The notes below the pieces were generated by a model that saw nothing but the letters and a program-made list of their open reading frames with translations, was not told the DNA's origin and did not search any database. Of a stretch of 56,010 nt of DNA, positions 1 to 8,446 are shown piece after piece (position 1 is the first letter of the stretch; each line of letters opens with the position of its first letter). Both the position numbers and the translations under genes were made by a program. The DNA is taken from positions 1 through 56,010 of IMG/VR virus record IMGVR_UViG_3300045282_000096; one strand, written 5' to 3'. The DNA is from a virus. Lineage: Duplodnaviria; Caudoviricetes.

Positions 1-127
1 AGCATCAAGCGAGTGAAGCTCACAACCTACGTTAAGTCCTTTGGCGTGTGGCTTAAAGACCCAGAAGGAATGATTTGCAAAGTGGCCGAAGCTCAGAATG
101 TGCGTGACAGCTTCCCGACACTTATCG
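1..127. repeat. Terminal direct repeat, copy 1 (circular assembly overlap)
   Basis: Bases 1-127 are identical to 55884-56010, and the reading frame runs through the join. Confidence 0.97.
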
Positions 128-663
128 GCGGAATGTATCTACGTGAGGAAATTGAGAGCGATGATTTCCAGCGGTTGGTAAATCAAGAGGTGAAGCGCCC
201 CGCATTCAATGGTCCCACACCTCCAAGAACTGAGGTTGCGGCTCCTGCCGAAGCTGTCACGCGAACAGCAGAAGGTGTGAGAACGCCCCGCAAACGCCCC
301 ACGATGGTGGAACAACCCCTTGACCCTCTCCCGTCTGTGCCTCAAGATGCACAGGCAAACCCCACGGCGGCACCGCTCGTCTCTGATTCTTCGACGGTGC
401 CGCCAACTCCTCCCGCAAACGAAACTCCCGGCGAAAAGGAATTGCGCGAGTTGAATGACGCGCTCACGAAGCTGTGCGCGGATGGGGGAGTGACCGAGGA
501 GCAAGTAATGGCGCACATGCGGTCAGAGAAATATGTGAAGCCCCACCACAAGCGACCCCCTGATCTTTCCACCACCATGCTCAAAGGATACGTAAGGTCT
601 TGGCAGGCGAATATGGCAGAGATGACGGCGAGGATTAAGAAAGTGAACGAGGTGAAGGCGTGA
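1..663 (+). CDS. bet: Bet/RecT-family ssDNA-annealing recombinase, 3' part (gene starts at 55356 and crosses the join; about 396 aa in total)
   Basis: In frame with ATG 55356. It carries the annealase motif W..DPEGMICKVAEAQNVRDSFP..IGGMY..EE followed by a Pro-rich linker. Confidence 0.85.
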   Translation, partial: SIKRVKLTTYVKSFGVWLKDPEGMICKVAEAQNVRDSFPTLIGGMYLREEIESDDFQRLVNQEVKRPAFNGPTPPRTEVAAPAEAVTRTAEGVRTPRKRPTMVEQPLDPLPSVPQDAQANPTAAPLVSDSSTVPPTPPANETPGEKELRELNDALTKLCADGGVTEEQVMAHMRSEKYVKPHHKRPPDLSTTMLKGYVRSWQANMAEMTARIKKVNEVKA

Positions 664-1064
664 ACCAACAAGAACAATCCAACTTTTACGGCAAGGACGC
701 GGCGGAATGGTTGCGTCGTTGGGATGAGGGTAAAATAGTTCACACAATCGAAATGGGTGGACTTGGGCCGGGATACGAGCAGTGCATTGCGATCCTGACT
801 GCCGAAATCCTTCGAATCTATTTAGACAAGAAATACGATTTTGAGGCATTGGAAAAAGACGAAGCGGGTTGGGAGAAGGTCAGGAAAGAGCGGGATGACA
901 TTTTATTTTCAAACAAAACCATTTCAAACCTTGGTGTAAGTGGCGCTCAAATGGATGCTGCGGCAAACATCGCTGGCCATTTATATCGACACGGACCAGT
1001 TGGAGTGATGAATGACGAAGCGGTTAAAGACCGTCACATTCAAGTATCCAAAACGTTTCCATGA
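660..1064 (+). CDS. Hypothetical phage protein
   Basis: 134-aa ORF, GTGA/ATGA-coupled to both neighbours. Confidence 0.7.
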   Translation: MNQQEQSNFYGKDAAEWLRRWDEGKIVHTIEMGGLGPGYEQCIAILTAEILRIYLDKKYDFEALEKDEAGWEKVRKERDDILFSNKTISNLGVSGAQMDAAANIAGHLYRHGPVGVMNDEAVKDRHIQVSKTFP

Positions 1065-2185
1065 ACGACGAGCGTTTGGGCAAGCCCTCTGCGTCCAGTT
1101 TTTCATTAACCGCCCTTTGCCCCGGCAGAGAAGAATTGCTTCGCTCCCTTCCCGACATTCCAGAGCCAGTTGATGAGGATGCAACACGTGGGGTACGTTT
1201 ACACAAAGCGTGGGAGAAAGAAGACCCAAGTGGATTGGATGCAGAAGACGTTGAGATTTATGAACGGGGGTTGAAGCTGGTTGAACAAGTTAAAGGCGAG
1301 TGGTGGCCGGAAGAAAAACAACCAGAAGTTACGGAGGGCACTCGTGAAGAACGATTTTACCTGCACAACTCAAACGGAATCGTTGCCGCCAGCGGTCAGG
1401 CGGATCGCCACTACATTTCTGGAAAGTGCATTCTCTGCATTGACTTCAAATCGCTATGGTGCCGCTCACTCGCCCCCGCCGAACTGAATTACCAAGCTCG
1501 CCTACTCTCTGTGTTGGTTGCCCGAGAATATGGCGCAACTCACGTTCGATTTGCCTTCCTTAAGGCACTATTTGGCAAAGCCGACATTGTTGACTACACC
1601 GCCGAAGACCTTGAACGGGCACAGTATGGTATACATCAGGTGCTTTGGGAGAGCCGCCAGAACGGGGCGCAGCGCCGCGCTGGCGCTCACTGTAGGCATT
1701 GTAAGGCGTCGGCAGGGTGTCCAGAGGCCGCAGCGTGGCAAATGCTCCCCTCAGTGCAAGCCAGAACGCAAGGCGATGGCATTACGCCCAAGGTTGCAAC
1801 TGAATTAGTCGAAAATATCAGTCTTTTGGACTGCGTTAAGATTTGGTCCAGTTCTACCGCGAGACACAACATCGAAGATGCGTGCAAGGCTCGTCTCAAA
1901 TCGCTGCCATCCGGCGAACTAGCCGAACTGGGTTTGATGTTTGGCAAGCCTAAAATTCTGCGCCATATCGTGAAGGTGGACAAGGCGTTTGAATTCTTGT
2001 TATCGTTAGGCATCCCCGTTGATAAACTTTGGGCTGCAACCAAGATGAGTAACGGCGAGCTAACGACCGTCATCCAGGAGTCGTTGGGATTGAAGTCTCA
2101 AAAGGAGGCGCAAGCGTGGGTGCGGGAAAAACTCAGCGCATTCATAACCGAGCAACCGACTGAGAAGCCGCTGGAGAAGATATGA
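1061..2185 (+). CDS. PD-(D/E)XK Cas4-like exonuclease (DUF2800-like), likely partner of the annealase
   Basis: Motifs PSASS..CPG, RG..LH, GQAD, IDFKS, Q and a C-terminal G.HCRHC....CP; located next to bet. Confidence 0.8.
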   Translation: MNDERLGKPSASSFSLTALCPGREELLRSLPDIPEPVDEDATRGVRLHKAWEKEDPSGLDAEDVEIYERGLKLVEQVKGEWWPEEKQPEVTEGTREERFYLHNSNGIVAASGQADRHYISGKCILCIDFKSLWCRSLAPAELNYQARLLSVLVAREYGATHVRFAFLKALFGKADIVDYTAEDLERAQYGIHQVLWESRQNGAQRRAGAHCRHCKASAGCPEAAAWQMLPSVQARTQGDGITPKVATELVENISLLDCVKIWSSSTARHNIEDACKARLKSLPSGELAELGLMFGKPKILRHIVKVDKAFEFLLSLGIPVDKLWAATKMSNGELTTVIQESLGLKSQKEAQAWVREKLSAFITEQPTEKPLEKI

Positions 2186-2598
2186 GCCAACCCACAACCT
2201 CCCCAACCCTCGTCCAACGCTTGCGAAACATCCGGCAGGCTACGACTGATGAAGCGGCTACAAGGATCGGTGAGCTTGAGGATGAGAACACCAAAGCTCA
2301 CGCCTGCATTAAGTCGTTGACGGAACAGCTTTTCTCCGCGTCAACGAATATCACGGCAAACGAATTTACTTGGAACATGACCCCCAACATCGAACACACT
2401 ATTGAGGCATTAACTGCCGATTTACTGGGGCACACCCTTCATTCAACCATAAGGGGCATTGTCGCCCGCCACCTCAAAGACCTTGAGGAAGAGAACAAGA
2501 AGCTGAGGGAGGCGTTGAATCAGGCCGTGAACGAATTTGTCCCGGCACGCTCTGAGTTATACGAAGAAGTCCAAACACTCCTCACCAAACCCACATGA
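2182..2598 (+). CDS. Hypothetical coiled-coil protein
   Basis: 138-aa ORF, ATGA-coupled. Confidence 0.6.
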   Translation: MSQPTTSPTLVQRLRNIRQATTDEAATRIGELEDENTKAHACIKSLTEQLFSASTNITANEFTWNMTPNIEHTIEALTADLLGHTLHSTIRGIVARHLKDLEEENKKLREALNQAVNEFVPARSELYEEVQTLLTKPT

Positions 2599-2837
2599 AC
2601 TCACTCGAACCTAAATTAAGACTGTTCTGTTCCGTATGCGAAAAGGAATGGGAAAAGGATTTTATCAAAGATGGTGACTGTCCTTGCTGCGACTCACCGG
2701 CATATATCGGATGCACCTCTTGCGGATTGCGGCTTGTGCAGCTTGACCACGTTGTTCTCAATGACCCGCAAAAAGGATTGTTCTGTTACTCATGCTGCAA
2801 ATGTTCAATGGATTACTGCAAAAGGTGCTTACGATGA
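2595..2837 (+). CDS. Small Cys-rich (zinc-binding) hypothetical protein
   Basis: Several CxxC motifs; starts with the ATGAACTCACTCGA repeat. Confidence 0.6.
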   Translation: MNSLEPKLRLFCSVCEKEWEKDFIKDGDCPCCDSPAYIGCTSCGLRLVQLDHVVLNDPQKGLFCYSCCKCSMDYCKRCLR

Positions 2838-3121
2838 ACTCACTCGATCAGGCTAAAGCTCTTTACCTAGCCCTTCCACGACTGGGGCACCGCGACACGA
2901 TGATTGCCATCATCCAAAAGCATCTAGATGAGTTTGACAGGGATCGGAAACAATCGCTCAAAGTTGCCATCAAAGTTTATATTCGGGAACAGGCCAAGAC
3001 CGCCGACGCCAACTCGCACGAGTGGCAACCAAATCAAGCAAGCGGCATCACCGACACAAATGCAGCTTACCGTGCTGGAATGTGGTATGCCTACAACGAT
3101 ATTCTTAATCGATTACCATGA
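2834..3121 (+). CDS. Hypothetical protein (MNSLDQAKAL...)
   Basis: ATG 2834 overlaps the previous stop; its N-terminus is paralogous to the gene at 3978. Confidence 0.6.
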   Translation: MNSLDQAKALYLALPRLGHRDTMIAIIQKHLDEFDRDRKQSLKVAIKVYIREQAKTADANSHEWQPNQASGITDTNAAYRAGMWYAYNDILNRLP

Positions 3122-3279
3122 ACGCTTTAACGAGAGACGACTTAAAAGACTTTATTCAAGAGCTTTTGAACTTTGCTTATGCGTGTAGTTCTATTTCTGG
3201 CACAACCGCATTGGTGGAACTCTTTGAGAAAGGCGAACGGATAATTGAGCAACTCGATTCAGACCCAACTATTTTATGA
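3118..3279 (+). CDS. 53-aa hypothetical protein (MNALTRDDLKDF...)
   Basis: Read manually; ATGA-coupled at both ends. Confidence 0.55.
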   Translation: MNALTRDDLKDFIQELLNFAYACSSISGTTALVELFEKGERIIEQLDSDPTIL

Positions 3280-3315
3280 CAACCAACGAAATTATCACAT
3301 GAACTCACTCGAATT

Positions 3316-3501
3316 ATGACAGTAAACGAATTGATTCTGCAATTGATGGAACTGCCGCCAGATGATGAGGTTTACGCGGTAGATTCGGAAGGGGACGCAT
3401 ATCAGGCTTTCAGCGTGGAGGCAGCGTCAGAACTCCGACTCGCCAATAAGGAAACCGATATTCACGGCTGGGTTGGCATTTGCATAGACACAACCTCTTA
3501 A
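3316..3501 (+). CDS. Small acidic phage protein (MTVNELILQLMELPPD)
   Basis: Common phage N-terminal pattern MTV.ELI..L..LP.D.EV. Confidence 0.65.
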   Translation: MTVNELILQLMELPPDDEVYAVDSEGDAYQAFSVEAASELRLANKETDIHGWVGICIDTTS

Positions 3502-3502
3502 C

Positions 3503-3976
3503 ATGAACTCAAACATTATAACAACTAATGAAATGATTCTCGAACTCCGGGCCATGCAAAAGCAAATCATTCATGGCACTGACTTCTTTGGCAAGACCGC
3601 TGACCGCATCGAAGAACTTCAAGAACTCTTGCGATCTGCTCATGCCATAGCGGACAGGAAAGGTGAGGAGACACACTGGGAGCGATTTGCGGCAGGCATC
3701 GCCAAGGTTGGTATTGGACCAGTGACAGCGAGGACTTATCGAATTCTTCCTTCTGATAGAAGAGACATCTATTGGTTCACACTGAACGATATGTCCTATG
3801 TCCAACACACGCCGATTTTGGGGGCTAATGTTCGCGCACAGCTCCCATCCAATTGTTCGAACTACAGTCTCGCCTTAATCAGGGACAACATTACCTCCCA
3901 TTACGTGGACGACTTAGAGGGTATAGAAAGTGGCTCCGAATTGTGGGCAATTCCTCCTTGCGGGTTTTCAAAATAA
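3503..3976 (+). CDS. Two-domain hypothetical protein; C-terminal part is ubiquitin-like (multiubiquitin-type)
   Basis: The C-terminal pattern YWFTLN...ILGANVRAQL...YSL...VDD...WAIPPCGF resembles bacterial multiubiquitin domains (by eye). Confidence 0.5.
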   Translation: MNSNIITTNEMILELRAMQKQIIHGTDFFGKTADRIEELQELLRSAHAIADRKGEETHWERFAAGIAKVGIGPVTARTYRILPSDRRDIYWFTLNDMSYVQHTPILGANVRAQLPSNCSNYSLALIRDNITSHYVDDLEGIESGSELWAIPPCGFSK

Positions 3977-3977
3977 C

Positions 3978-4616
3978 ATGAACTCACTCGAACAGGCAGC
4001 GAAGGCGTTGGCGTTAAAGGTTGGTAATTTGCTTTGCATAACTTCCCACAGCAGGGTCGTCTATGAGAGCGAGCTTGAAACCATCATCGCAAAGCACCTG
4101 GAGGCGTTTGCGAGGGAGCAGAACCCGCGTAACGGAAGCTGGACAGACAAATGGCTCACTTGCGTTTGCTGTGGTGGTGAAATACCTGCTGGTCATACTA
4201 ACAACTGTGGTGTTTACAAGCTGGAGCAACAGATCGCCCAACTCAAAGAGCAAAACCGCGAGTTGCTGAAGGATAAGGAGCAGTTAACGCGGGCGTGCGT
4301 TGCTGCGCGTGAGTGGCTGGGTAGATTCGGGGAGCACGCGCCAATAGTATTTGGTGGAGAACAGCAGTTAGACGACACGTTGAGGGAAGCCCTCGACAAA
4401 GCCGCCCTCGCAAAAGGGGATGAATCGGAAGGCATTGCGGAAAAAATCGCAGCTATGGGTTGGGAGCTTGTTAAGACTGCGAACATGACCTGTGACACCT
4501 ATTGGGCACATTGTCACGGTCGCCATCAAACGCCACAGAGAGCCACTCCCGCCGAAGTGCTCCAAGATGTTATGGGTCGCAAGGCATGGCTCGCAAAAGG
4601 GGAGAGGGGGGAATAA
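3978..4616 (+). CDS. Mosaic hypothetical protein (MNSLEQAAKAL...)
   Basis: Start at the ATGAACTCACTCGA repeat; contains CxxCGG..P.GH...C and a coiled coil. Confidence 0.6.
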   Translation: MNSLEQAAKALALKVGNLLCITSHSRVVYESELETIIAKHLEAFAREQNPRNGSWTDKWLTCVCCGGEIPAGHTNNCGVYKLEQQIAQLKEQNRELLKDKEQLTRACVAAREWLGRFGEHAPIVFGGEQQLDDTLREALDKAALAKGDESEGIAEKIAAMGWELVKTANMTCDTYWAHCHGRHQTPQRATPAEVLQDVMGRKAWLAKGERGE

Positions 4617-4758
4617 AAGCTAAAACGAGCGAAGATAACTATTTTGAGGACTTTACTGGGCTACCTCTTAGAGAGTGGCTAGGCGTAAAAGAAAATCCAA
4701 AACCGAAGTCCAAACAGCAACGTAAGAAAAAACAACGCAAAAGCTGAAAGGTGATGAG

Positions 4759-4992
4759 ATGAAAGAAATAGAACCTCCACGACTAAAATGTTCCAACTGC
4801 GGCGGCAAGAAATGGTTTCCGAGCGCCGTTGGCGAAATAGCCTGCCAAGTATGCTACGGGACCGGCCTCGGAAGAATTGATATAGACGCTTTGGTTGCGG
4901 ACTGGCGAAGACTCAAAGCAAAAGAAGGTCGCGGTCAACCAGAATGGATTTCTGAGGCTTTGAACAGTGGCGATGGAACCTACAAGCCATAA
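4759..4992 (+). CDS. Small zinc-finger protein (DnaJ-type CxxCxGxG)
   Basis: CSNCGGK...CQVCYGTG. Confidence 0.6.
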   Translation: MKEIEPPRLKCSNCGGKKWFPSAVGEIACQVCYGTGLGRIDIDALVADWRRLKAKEGRGQPEWISEALNSGDGTYKP

Positions 4993-4995
4993 CCC

Positions 4996-5223
4996 ATGCA
5001 ACCCCAACAAGACGAAATGAAAATTATATTTTGGAAAGCATCTGCACTCATCCTTTCGTGGGCGCTACTTGGCTTTGCGCTTTATGTGATTCGCACCAAG
5101 ATTACGGAAATTAGCTATGCCGAATTCGCAACACTGCTCCTTGCATCTGCCAGCTATTTAATTGGAACCACTGCAATGTTAAACCCCATAACTAAAAAGA
5201 AAGATGAAAACAAAATGCCATAA
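4996..5223 (+). CDS. Small two-TM membrane protein (holin-like topology possible)
   Basis: Two hydrophobic segments and a basic C-terminus. Confidence 0.55.
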   Translation: MQPQQDEMKIIFWKASALILSWALLGFALYVIRTKITEISYAEFATLLLASASYLIGTTAMLNPITKKKDENKMP

Positions 5224-5965
5224 TCCAATTCATTGGGCCGTCACGCTATTCACAGTACTCTACTTCTGCCAGCCCGGTCTTCTCCTTCGCGCCTGTGTCT
5301 CCACCAATTATTGCTCAAAGGCTGTCTCTGTTGATAAGGCGATAATCGTCCAGCAGATTGACGAGTCCCAACCACCCGATCCACCACCGCAGAAAAAGGT
5401 GTTCGCGCCGGTTATATTTTTCATCATCATTCTCGCAGTGTTCAGTTGGATTATTTACCAACTCATTAAGTTACTGGACAAAGTAATCCCGCCGCCAGAT
5501 AAGCAGCCCGATCCGCCGCCGAATTCAGGCAATACGAATTATCCGCCTATTGTAATCAACCCAACAGAAGGTCCAGGGCCAGCAACGGCGAGCTTGAATA
5601 GCCTTAAGATTGACAGCAACACACCATCGTGGGGTCCAGTGCAGCGTTACGACATTCGAGATTTGAACTACGAAAACGATTGCGAGAAGTTTCCATCCCG
5701 CATGAATTACGATGCGTTCTGGTCAACAGGCATGACGACGACCACTGACATGCTCCATTGGGAGGATAGCCATTACCAGGTTGATTGCTACGTGTGTTCT
5801 GGAGTTGGCGCAGTGCGTTACGTCTATTATCATTACAACACGAATTGGGCAAATGTGTATTTCACAAGTGATTACGTTGCGTCCAATCACATAGCGCCTG
5901 CGTGGTTCAATTTGAGCGATGGACCACCGAAACCGAATCAGTTTTTTAGATTGGACCCGAGATGA
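5204..5965 (+). CDS. Membrane-anchored exported protein
   Basis: Hydrophobic N-terminus, a second TM, Pro-rich linkers, TTDMLHW and a C-terminal QFFRL. Confidence 0.65.
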   Translation: MKTKCHNPIHWAVTLFTVLYFCQPGLLLRACVSTNYCSKAVSVDKAIIVQQIDESQPPDPPPQKKVFAPVIFFIIILAVFSWIIYQLIKLLDKVIPPPDKQPDPPPNSGNTNYPPIVINPTEGPGPATASLNSLKIDSNTPSWGPVQRYDIRDLNYENDCEKFPSRMNYDAFWSTGMTTTTDMLHWEDSHYQVDCYVCSGVGAVRYVYYHYNTNWANVYFTSDYVASNHIAPAWFNLSDGPPKPNQFFRLDPR

Positions 5966-6141
5966 CCAACAAACAAAAAGAGATTATCACTCGGTGGGGA
6001 TATTGGGAAGAAGTAGAACCCGATATTTCCACAGAACAACTAATGGCTCGTGTTTGCGCGGACACCTTTTGCGATGCAGGCGAAGTTGCGGAAGCATTAG
6101 AGCAAGAAGCAATTGAGAAAAAGGATTTGGACCCAAGATGA
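5962..6141 (+). CDS. 59-aa acidic hypothetical protein (MTNKQKEIITRWGYW...LDPR)
   Basis: Read manually; ATGA-coupled at both ends. Confidence 0.6.
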   Translation: MTNKQKEIITRWGYWEEVEPDISTEQLMARVCADTFCDAGEVAEALEQEAIEKKDLDPR

Positions 6142-6278
6142 AGCAGCGAATCATCTGCCCTAAATGTGGTCGAGGAATTCACGCGAGTCCACACAAGCTA
6201 AAACTTCATTTGGATAAGCACACCAGAATCGAGGCAGGTGAAAAACCAAGACGAAAACTCAATGCCCATCACTCCTAA
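6138..6278 (+). CDS. 46-aa C2H2-like zinc-finger protein
   Basis: Read manually: CPKC-x13-HLDKH. Confidence 0.5.
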   Translation: MKQRIICPKCGRGIHASPHKLKLHLDKHTRIEAGEKPRRKLNAHHS

Positions 6279-6501
6279 TCGCTTCAAGCTATCCGTATTT
6301 AATGGCCGTTACAAAATCTATGTGGATGGCTTGCTGATGCTTTCCTTCAACCAGATTGATTTCAAAGGAGTGTATGCGTTCAAGGACGATCATTTGCTCT
6401 ACGGCATTGACTTCTATTTGGTCAACGGTGTAACTATCGAAACCGCATATAAGACGAAAGAAGTTTGGTTGGGTATACTCCAACTGTTAGACACCATATA
6501 A
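6262..6501 (+). CDS. Hypothetical phage protein
   Basis: ORF from ATG 6262 within the ORF-track 6238..6501. Confidence 0.6.
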   Translation: MPITPNRFKLSVFNGRYKIYVDGLLMLSFNQIDFKGVYAFKDDHLLYGIDFYLVNGVTIETAYKTKEVWLGILQLLDTI

Positions 6502-6520
6502 ACAACAAACGAAAGGAAAA

Positions 6521-6961
6521 ATGAAAACACTAATCGCAGCAGCAGTTCTGTTAATGGCAGCAGAAGCGTTCGCCATTCCAGGTTGTTTAACCAATCTGGA
6601 CATTTACTGCACTGGCAACAATCAAACCAGTGTCAGCACGAACGGAAGCAGCAGTGCCCCAACCAACGAAGTGCATGGGATGATCCTGTTAAATCCCACA
6701 GGAGACCAGAGCGGAGTTTACATAAATTTCTACTCGACTGGCTGTTCTCCAGCGGACGAAGTTGTTGCTGTGATAGTTTATTCATGCAGCGACAATTTTT
6801 GTGGATTTGGAGGACGTTGTGCTGCCGGATCGCATGAACTGAATATAACCATGCCAGCAGGATGCGACATAGTGAGTGGATACATCTCAATGCGTTATGG
6901 TGATTGTTGTGCTGTAACTTGGAATCCTCATTCGTGTCATCCATGCACGGTCGAACCATAG
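6521..6961 (+). CDS. Secreted Cys-rich protein
   Basis: AAGGA RBS, Sec signal MKTLIAAAVLLMAAEAFA and many Cys in the mature region. Confidence 0.75.
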   Translation: MKTLIAAAVLLMAAEAFAIPGCLTNLDIYCTGNNQTSVSTNGSSSAPTNEVHGMILLNPTGDQSGVYINFYSTGCSPADEVVAVIVYSCSDNFCGFGGRCAAGSHELNITMPAGCDIVSGYISMRYGDCCAVTWNPHSCHPCTVEP

Positions 6962-7025
6962 CAATGAGGGGATTCCCCCAAACTGATTGGTTGCTACACC
7001 CCATTGCACCGATTAAAGTTTTGAT

Positions 7026-7463
7026 GTGAGCAGTCATCATCCAGCAACCAAACACGACCTAGACCAAATGGAGCGGCGTCTCACAGCTTTAATCAAAGGC
7101 AAACCAGCGGACCTGTCTGGTCTGGTGGAAAGAGGCAACGCGCTTTCGGCGGAAAACGATGCCTTGCAAGCTGCCATTGACAAAAACAAACCACGCCGAT
7201 TATCAAGAGAACAAAGTATGGCTACAGCACAGGAACAAATCGCAACATTAACCACGCAGGTCACGACCGCCACAACGGTCGAGAAATCTGCTCAAACACT
7301 CATTGAAGGCATTCAGGCCCGTATAGATGCCGCCGTAACGGCTGCAATCGCAAATGGGGCGACTGCCGAACAACTCCAACCCGTGAGCGATCTGAGCGCG
7401 GTGCTGGACGCTGAATCAACGGCATTGGCTGCGGCAGTGCAGGCTAACACTCCAGCGGCGTAG
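7026..7463 (+). CDS. Ala/Thr-rich helical protein
   Basis: 145 aa (possible internal ATG at 7218); followed by a terminator. Confidence 0.65.
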   Translation: MSSHHPATKHDLDQMERRLTALIKGKPADLSGLVERGNALSAENDALQAAIDKNKPRRLSREQSMATAQEQIATLTTQVTTATTVEKSAQTLIEGIQARIDAAVTAAIANGATAEQLQPVSDLSAVLDAESTALAAAVQANTPAA

Positions 7464-7485
7464 TAAACTTCTCCTGTAACAACCC

Positions 7486-7521
7486 AAACCTCTCGTTCTA
7501 AGGAGCGAGGGGTTTTTATTT
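7486..7521. terminator. Intrinsic terminator at the convergence point
   Basis: CCTCTCGTTC-TAAG-GAGCGAGGGG-TTTTTATTT. Confidence 0.8.
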
Positions 7522-7695
7522 CACGTCAACAGTTCCAAGTCTCCCATCAGCGTCCATTACAAAACGGTGCTTCACTTTTGGGGAAGTTGTGGACTCAACC
7601 CTCGTGATCTTTACGGTCGCGCCGTTGGGAACAACGATGTTGATGGTTGAACAACCCACACACGCAATGAGTAAAACGAAGATGATCCTTTTCAT
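7516..7695 (-). CDS. 59-aa lipoprotein
   Basis: Read manually: MKRIIFVLLIACVG-CSTINIVV... with a lipobox. Confidence 0.6.
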   Translation of the reverse strand: MKRIIFVLLIACVGCSTINIVVPNGATVKITRVESTTSPKVKHRFVMDADGRLGTVDVK

Positions 7696-7820
7696 AATTC
7701 AGTGTCCTCGCATCTCCAGCAACAAGTCAAGCGCCAGCTTGAGGTGCTTCTCGATTTTGGTGAGACGCTTGTTTATTGCCCAAAGTTTATTCATGGGCTT
7801 TCGCCGTGTAGTTTTAGATT

Positions 7821-8099
7821 TCACACAATCCCGTCGTCCCTGGCTATGAGAGCGATTTTAAAATGACTCTTTGTTCCAAACCTTTTAACGATCTGCTTCC
7901 AGTAATAATTAAACGACATTGGATTCTCGAAGTGAAGCGCCGAAGTAATTTGTTTACGAGTTAATCCTTGGGCCATGTGCTTTAAAATTGAATCCTGAAC
8001 CCTGAACTTAAGACCACGGCGACAGCGAATACACATAGTGGCAATGTTCCTTTTCCGAGCGCCACATGCACACTTATCATGCTGATTTTTCAATATCAC
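7821..8099 (-). CDS. LuxR-type HTH regulator with N-terminal Cys motif
   Basis: ILKHMAQGLTRKQITSAL...IVKRFG...IALIA..G; N-terminal CxC...CxxC. Confidence 0.6.
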   Translation of the reverse strand: MILKNQHDKCACGARKRNIATMCIRCRRGLKFRVQDSILKHMAQGLTRKQITSALHFENPMSFNYYWKQIVKRFGTKSHFKIALIARDDGIV

Positions 8100-8438
8100 T
8101 CATGGCCATATAAAGCCCGCTCGGTAAAACCAACTTGGACCTTGATGATCAACAATCACGGCAACATTTCCATTAGCTACCACAGTGCCATTGGTGAGGA
8201 CTTGCCACACAGGATTAGTGGCGCTCTTTGTTGACTCAATCACCCATCGCTGACTGTTGGTATTTGGATTGTCGAACGAGAGAGTAAGTGTGATTGCCTT
8301 GGCTGGCGTAGGAGCCACTGATGCTTTTCTCTGCACAACTAAAGGCTCAGGCGGAAGTTCTACACGATGCTTGGAAACGTGATTGGCTACATCTCGCGGC
8401 GATCCGACTAATAATGCGATGAGTAGAAAACGAGTCAC
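8100..8438 (-). CDS. Small exported protein with Verrucomicrobia-type C-terminus
   Basis: Hydrophobic N-terminus; WVIEST...WQVLTN...WFYRAG. Confidence 0.6.
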   Translation of the reverse strand: MTRFLLIALLVGSPRDVANHVSKHRVELPPEPLVVQRKASVAPTPAKAITLTLSFDNPNTNSQRWVIESTKSATNPVWQVLTNGTVVANGNVAVIVDHQGPSWFYRAGFIWP

Positions 8439-8446
8439 AAGTCTAA

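Noticed and set aside
1061-2185. Cas4-like nuclease as a CRISPR component
   Set aside because: There are no other cas genes or repeat-spacer array; the context is the Bet recombination module.
2595-3993. ATGAACTCACTCGA repeats as a CRISPR array or integron attC sites
   Set aside because: The repeats are short, non-palindromic, irregularly spaced and coding, and no integrase is present.
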